NCBI GenBank assembly: GCA_965235115.1
Contig: OZ249436.1
Span: 42,348,001 to 42,412,000 of the forward strand
Direction of reading: 5' to 3'
DNA length: 64,000 bases
DNA from: Laetmonice hystrix
Lineage: Eukaryota
Part shown: in pieces, positions 55,001 through 64,000 of the stretch
Layout: every line of letters begins with the position of its first letter
Position numbering within the stretch: position 1 is the stretch's first letter
Program-made: the position numbers and the translations under genes
The notes under the pieces: generated by a model
What the model was told of the DNA's origin: nothing
The model's database searches: none
The model's input: the letters and a program-made list of their open reading frames with translations, nothing else

Positions 55001-56894
55001 CTGTTATGATGAATGATAGAATTACGTTTTATTTTTAACGATACTAAGCTGCTAAATTAAGCTTTGAGAGCTGCTCTCGAGGATTAATATTGGAAGTTAA
55101 TTTACTGGTCTAGTAATGTACCATAATAATTTATACCACATATACATCAGATTGAAATTTCATTGATTTTTGCACGAATGCTTTTATTTCCAGGGGACGG
55201 CTGATGAAAGGTCAGTTCTTCGTGTTCCAAAACGTATCTGGACAAGTGGTGATCTTTGTCCCACCAGAATTTCAGGCAGAAATGGTTATCGTGGATGAGC
55301 AACATCCCATGAAGTGTCAAGGACAGGTCCTTCAGGTAATTGTAGTTCTTCTGGGAAAGTTCAGAGGACAGTTCAACAATTCCACTTGTTCAGGAGTGGA
55401 CACAGCAAATAGCACATTTCCTTAGTGTGGTAGTAGTGTGTTTCCTCAGGGAAAAGTCAGGGAATTTAACAAAAGTCCCTCAAATCAGGGAAAAATCAAG
55501 GAATTTTGTATGTCCAGTGGTCAGACTTTCTTGCCTCAGGGCATCAATAAACAGCGAACTGAGGGAACTGAACGAACTGAGCGAACTGAGATCGATTAGT
55601 CGTGCTACAAGCCCGTGACTTAGGTATGACGTCACGGCCGGAAGTTAGTGCCTATTTAACAACAATTTTGGGACTAAACTAACACTAACCCTAGGCCTAA
55701 CCTTTACCCTAACCCAAACACAGTGTTTCGTGTCAGAATTAGTCAAACTAATTTCGGTCGGCTGTTTCCGTCTTGGTGTCAGTAGCCAGTCCCTATGGGG
55801 AAATCCCCCCAGGCATAACTAATCGATCTCAGTTCGCTCAGTTCGCTGTTTATTGATGCCCCTTGCCTCATGTCCATACCAAACTGTCCTCTGGATGATT
55901 GCATGGCTATGGTGGCTTTGTAGTAATATATAATGTAGTAAATGTCTCTTTCTCTCTGTATCAGTGTAGCTGTGGTGGACCTATAACCTTATAACCTGTA
56001 GCACCTATAGGGTGGGTCAAGAGAAAACATGAGAAAACCCGAGAACGGCCGGCTTTGGTCCTAACGTGTCATAATCTCGTCACTTTAGCATTGCGACTCC
56101 ATGGGAGCCGGCAACTCTCAACTTCTAAATATTATTATTTCATAGTTAGGGCGCTTTCATTCTTGTAACTTACAAAACAAGAGCACCAACGTATGAAAGA
56201 ATACATGTCTTAGATGTCAAAACTGACAAAAATCTGGCCGATGTTTGAAAGTGTGTTTTCTCATCCCATGTTAAACCAATGGAAAAATTGTGACGTAACA
56301 ATCGTTTAGGGACCAACGTGATACGTTTCAAGGCTATTTCGGGTCAGGTCAAGGATGCGAGACTTGCACGCCCTATAGTGTACACTATCAGACTATAAAG
56401 CCAAAAGGGAGTAGTGCCCCCAGACAAGAATGATGATCCCCCCTGTAATTTTTAACTTCCATCAGGGAAAAATCAGGGAGTTTTGTTATTTTGTACAGGT
56501 TTTATCACGAGCTTCGCGTAGGACAGATGCTTGGAAATAAGATTTTGTTTAAGACTTCTAGATACTATAGAGATATTATCACATTGTGTTATGGTATAGT
56601 TTTTATTTTTAAGATTTACTGCAACAAAGAATACACAAGGTGGATGGCGGAGTCATTTGCTTTTCTACAGAAACCTTCTGAGGTATGTTTTTTTTCTTCT
56701 TCAACTAAGATTTTCATCCCAAATCCTGTACAACTCTTGATCAAGTAAGCCAATAGAAATACCATACCAGTTTTATCTAATGTTTGCTTTTAATGTTTCA
56801 GCTAAAGAAGAAACTTCCATATATCTTCAACTTCCGTTCTCCAGATTTACAGATTATCGTGATGCCAAAAGGTAGCATGTCTCACCAAGAGTGA
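49081..56894 (+). CDS. SUFU: Suppressor of fused-like protein, divergent (~410 aa, 10 exons)
   Basis: Exons 49081-49235, 52967-53101, 53250-53386, 53695-53846, 54107-54192, 54529-54678, 54825-54938, 55194-55335, 56614-56682, 56802-56894 (1233 nt). SUFU motifs: YPDQ, FWLGGPDPLDFVS, HWHYITFGFSDLHGDGRVH, SGFGFELTFRLK, LARYVF, GDHIPW, IQHMLLTED, AQRWNG, GIERDGSNL. Whether it is the ortholog or a paralog is unresolved. Confidence 0.9.
51415..52457. mobile_element. Tc1/mariner (pogo-like) non-autonomous element
   Basis: TIR CAGTCAGACCTCGTTA / TAACGGGGTCTGACTG; TA on both flanks; subterminal TAATCCGGA repeats. Confidence 0.8.
55539..55861. mobile_element. Mutator (MULE)-like MITE with 9-bp TSD
   Basis: Long TIR GGGCATCAATAAACAGCGAACTGAG... 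containing GCGAACTGA repeats; CTTGCCTCA on both flanks (55530-55538, 55862-55870). Confidence 0.85.
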
Positions 56895-58696
56895 ATGCTG
56901 GTGACATAGTAGTAGTGATGCTAGGGACCATGGTGTGGATGAGAAACTTATATCACACATCCCAGGCAGACAGTATATGGATACTGAGGACAATGACAGG
57001 TCTCACACATTGTGGGCAAACAATGCCTTTTGTGTCATGAGTAGGGAATGATCATGCTTATCATTATAAATTATAAAATGATCATACAAATAAACGGTCT
57101 CACACATTCCAGGTGAACAGAGGTTTTTTGTTGTAGTTACTACTCCAAAATGGAAGAATCAAATTGGAGATGATGGCTTTACCAAGTTTTGAACGATGCT
57201 GTTCACTGCCAATTTTACAGCTTTATCCATTTTTATAAAAAGCATTTACAACATTTTGATACCGTGGTGCTATCTTGGATATTTTTGATGTCTGAGTTAA
57301 TCTGAGACTAGTTATCAGATTTGCAAGAGTGTAAAAAGATTGAAAATTAGAATGATCAATGTACTGTTTAATTAGTGCCTTCTATAACTTCACAGGTGTT
57401 CCATACTCTATTAATTTTAATATAACTTGTTCTAATCTGTTTTTGCCTACTTGTGCATCCCTGTAGTTGTAGGATAGTAAAAAATCATTTCGATATTAAA
57501 ATTTTGCATCTTGAGAAGTAAATGAATAGTGTGTAGCGTGTGCATGAGAAGATGCATTTACTCACTTAGAAAAGTAGCTGTGGATAACTGAGAAGCACAA
57601 TGTAGACATTTATATTGGTGAAATGCTGCACATTACCTCAAATTCATGAGACATTCATGGATTTTTGGGTCAGTTTAAACATATACAATGTATTATCTAG
57701 TTTAAATGAGTGCCTGTATACCCAGTAATTGGCCTAAAGTATATATAATTGATATTGTCTCCCGGCCTCCGAGGCAGTTTGCTGCCCAGCACTTGTGAAG
57801 AGTTAATGATCTCATCGAAATGTGAGTAGTCATATATGGACCTCAATAACCTGATATTGTTTGAAAAATAAATTATCAATATGTCTTTCAAAACTTATAT
57901 TCGTGTTAGACTGATAACCATTTACTCTAATGTTTTTCTCTGGTGTTTTATTAAATGAAGCCGCATTTCCCCACACCTAAGGAAAATCTTAAAGTACAGA
58001 AAGTTGCATTTATACTATCCCAGAAATGACTGGTCCTCAAGCTATATTGTGAATCGTTATTGAGTCCTCTACCTTTTTATAGCCATGTAGAAGAGGGGAT
58101 TATTTTTCCAGCCATAGGCGTAGCTACTTATAACATACCCAGTTCCTCGTGATTGTAGAAGTAATAAGACAAGACAATAATTTTTTTAACTGTGTCTTCT
58201 GTGGAGCACAGTGTTCTCCACACATACAAAGTACACAGGCGGCCCACCGGTGTGCTTTTGTCTCCCGCCGGTGTACTGAGCGCCCAAAATGACCGCCAGT
58301 GTCCATTTTCACGGACCATCCATGCTGCGCTATGATTTACTTACCCATACAACTGATTTTTACTGTAATTGATCTGCTGATGACTCTTGCAGGCCACCCG
58401 CCAGTTGACAGACACCTGTCTGCAGTAACACAGTCAAATTGTTCATTTAAAGTGTCCTTAGATTGAATCATTTACCCCCCAAAAAACCTGGAAATCTAGG
58501 CTACCCCTGGACCCCCCAGTCCCCGGCTCATTGCCGGTGTGACATTTCATCCTGTGGAGAACACTGATATAGAAGTATGTGTAATAGATAATGATAGCTG
58601 AGAAAAATGTATTTGATTGGTGCATGTATTCAGTATCAGCGTTTAATTTTTTACCCATAAAATAAAGGCACAAAGGGTGCATATATTTTTTTTATT

Positions 58697-61522
<2,826 letters not shown>

Positions 61523-63828
61523 ATGATGGCCTTCCGGAGCCTAGGGACAACTAGGATGTTGGTGAACCCGTTGGCCAACTTTTGTAGATATTGTTCAAAA
61601 GGTAAGCAAAATTTGTACCTATTGGTATGTTCAGACTGCCTTAACCGGACTCCACTACCACATGCTACCAGAGTACCACCTCCACTGTCTGGACTGTCCA
61701 GACGGCTAATTTATAGTGTCTGGGAGTACTCTGTCTCTGGTGACAGTGGTGTTCATGAATGCCAGTGACACGTACTGCCGTTCTTGAATCATTCCATATG
61801 TCTGCAATATTGGATTCCTGTTGGATGATGTCTTCCGGCAAAATAGCAGATTATCTAATTTAGTAATTAGTTCCTAATTAATAATATGATGTAGGTGCTA
61901 ACTAGAGGGCGAGCGCAGCGACGGGAGTTAGAGACCAACATTATACAGGACTGGTCACTTATGGCGGGCTCAGACAGAGTGATGCAACGCGATTCCTTGC
62001 AACTGCAACAGTTGCAGCGACTGAAAGACGGGGGAGCTCACACAGAGCAACGCGACTGCCGCTACTACAGTAATCCTGTTACGTCACAGTGAGCTTGTGA
62101 CGTTGTAATCGTCAAGCGAACTATAAATGATTGTCTCTTATTGGTTATTACCGCTAGCAAAGGTCCAGTCGCGTTGGAAGCCCGCTCAGACAAAGCAACC
62201 AGTTGCGACCAGTCGCCAAATATTAAACATGTTTAATGTCTTGCGACGCAACTGCAACTGGCCAAAATCGCGTTGCAAGGTAGCTCAGACAGGCCGACGC
62301 GACGATAGAGTTGCGTCGCAAGCAGTCGCGTCGCTCTGTCTGAGCCCGCCATTAGCAGCACCGAATGTCGGGATATTGTGGCATCACAGTAGACGGTTTA
62401 ATCCACAAACACTCACGCCACTGTTTGTTCATTATTGTGACGTCACAAATCACATAGTCACATGACCCTCCATGGATTTTTCCATGGTTTTTCCGGTTCC
62501 GGTTTTACGTGACGAAAATTTTATGTGAGACGGTATGTGTCGCCTTGGCTACCCTTTCACATTGTGTTGTCATAGAGCTCGCTTAGCGAGCCGCTGTGCA
62601 GCTCACTGCGCTCGCTATTAAAATTAAGAACCAATTTGAGACTAAACTACTAACCGCCTAGGCCTAGGCGATATCTGGCAGACCTAAAAAAATCCTGCCA
62701 AAGCATGGTAGCCCACTGGGCAAGTAGACATAGGGTCAGTAGCCCGGCAGGTATCCTCTTTTAGGGGAGGTAGCCATCATTATTAAATGGAGCATGGAAT
62801 TACATGAGGATCGCTCGAAGACTCATGTTCCTCTGGAATTGCAATTTTATCAACAGGATTGGAGTTGCAATGGCAGGCAAATTGATCTAACTTACTGACG
62901 TTTAATTTTGTTTTGCAGGTTCCAGAGATGATGATGAACAGATGAGCAAGGCCTTCATTAAATTAATGAGAAATGTGCCCCAGCCAGGTATAATCTTGTT
63001 TTAATATTTATTCCAACTGAAAGACAGAACAGGAAGGTTCTGTGGACTTAGTCTAGATTTAATCCAGTAGTTTTATGTAACTTTTACTGATGCATACGAA
63101 TATGTGACAGAGACCTGTTATCTTCTTACAGTTGTGGTTGTCACAACATCAAAGCACATCAAGGAAAATGATCAGTGGTTGAAACGAGGAATAACCTGCA
63201 GCTCATTCACCAATATCTCTTGGGCCCCTCCCATCATATCATTTGCCATCAAGAAGCCCAGGTAAAATTCCCAGTCTCCCAGGTTGTCCTTTTGCTCACT
63301 ACAACTTTAGAAAAATGGAACATTGCTTACTGTGCACAATTTTGGGGTTTACCTGATGAAGGGGAGATCAACTTATATATTTGTTATGACAATACACTGG
63401 CTCTCCTGATTCTTATGCTAGAGTGTATTTTTATGGTTGTAGTCGTATGCACCACTTGTTGGAAGAAACAAGAAGGTTTGTTGTACATGTGCTTGCACAA
63501 AACCAGGTGAGTAAAACCTTTAGAGATATTGTTTTGACTGATAAAGTTAGTGATATATTATCTTACTTCTCTCAGAATGCATGCACCTGTTAACTACTCA
63601 GTGTTTGAAATGTCTGAATTTAAAGATCTGTATAGTTATATAGTTAGTCAGAATATTACGTGATTGCCTAACTATATTACCCTTCTCTGTTACAGTATTT
63701 AGCCTAATATAACCGTAAATATAATCCATTCTTAACACATACAGGTGGCCTATGGCAGACACTTTGCAAAAATTCTGCAGGAGGGTGAAGATCAGTTTGA
63801 ACTTGTTAGTCATGAGCTTGATGAGAAG
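61523..63828 (+). CDS. Flavin reductase-like domain protein (HpaC/RutF/DIM6-NTAB family), 5' part; continues beyond the window
   Basis: Exons 61523-61601, 62919-62987, 63132-63261, 63443-63506, 63745-63828 splice in frame. They give FIKLMRNVPQPVVVVTT...RGITCSSFTNISWAPPIISFAIKKPSRMHHLLEETRRFVVHVLAQNQVAYGRHFAK...DQF, the typical FMN-binding split-barrel pattern. Exon 1 is less certain. Confidence 0.85.
61962..62351. mobile_element. Harbinger/PIF-like MITE
   Basis: TIR TGGCGGGCTCAGACAGAG / CTCTGTCTGAGCCCGCCA; TTA on both flanks. Confidence 0.8.
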
Positions 63829-64000
63829 GTTTGTATAGTGCCAGTAACAACTTCTTACAGTTAATCTAGTTGAAAATAATATTCTGGCTCTTGCGCAAAA
63901 CTACCACCCGACACTCAATTTTTCTGGGTACATCCCTGCAGGAGATATATACGTGTGCTTGTTTACATGCATTTATGTAGGAGACTTCAAGTATCCTAAT

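Noticed and set aside
63576..63663. Possible duplicate of flavin-reductase exon 4 (CAG|AATGCATGCACCTGTT...)
   Set aside because: Similarity is limited to a few codons and the frame hits a stop. The true exon 63443-63506 already completes the frame.

Overview
Gene-dense, intron-rich animal genomic DNA, probably from an invertebrate (lophotrochozoan-like); the taxon is an inference. I reconstructed six spliced protein-coding genes exon by exon. (1) The 3' part of mitochondrial glutamate dehydrogenase (+), which carries a tandemly duplicated 89-nt exon pair that must be mutually exclusive. (2) A complete CDK1 (+) with a GC-AG intron and an E2F/CHR/CCAAT-type promoter. (3) A complete 31-exon RPTOR/Raptor (-). 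(4) A divergent SUFU-like gene (+), head-to-head with RPTOR. (5) MRM2/FtsJ2 (-). (6) The 5' part of a flavin-reductase-like gene (+), head-to-head with MRM2. RPTOR intron 6 holds an intact 7.36-kb BEL/Pao LTR retrotransposon with identical 265-bp LTRs, a 5-bp TSD and one 2186-aa ORF. This element has no tRNA-type (TGG) primer-binding site. Instead, the 10 nt abutting the 5' LTR are perfectly complementary to a segment inside its own LTR, which is the geometry expected for Tf1-like self-primed reverse transcription; this is the most striking observation in the window. Introns also contain many MITEs (hAT-like with 5/6-bp TSDs, Kolobok-, Harbinger-, Tc1/pogo- and Mutator-like), including a triple-nested set in CDK1. 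All calls were made by eye, with no database searches.
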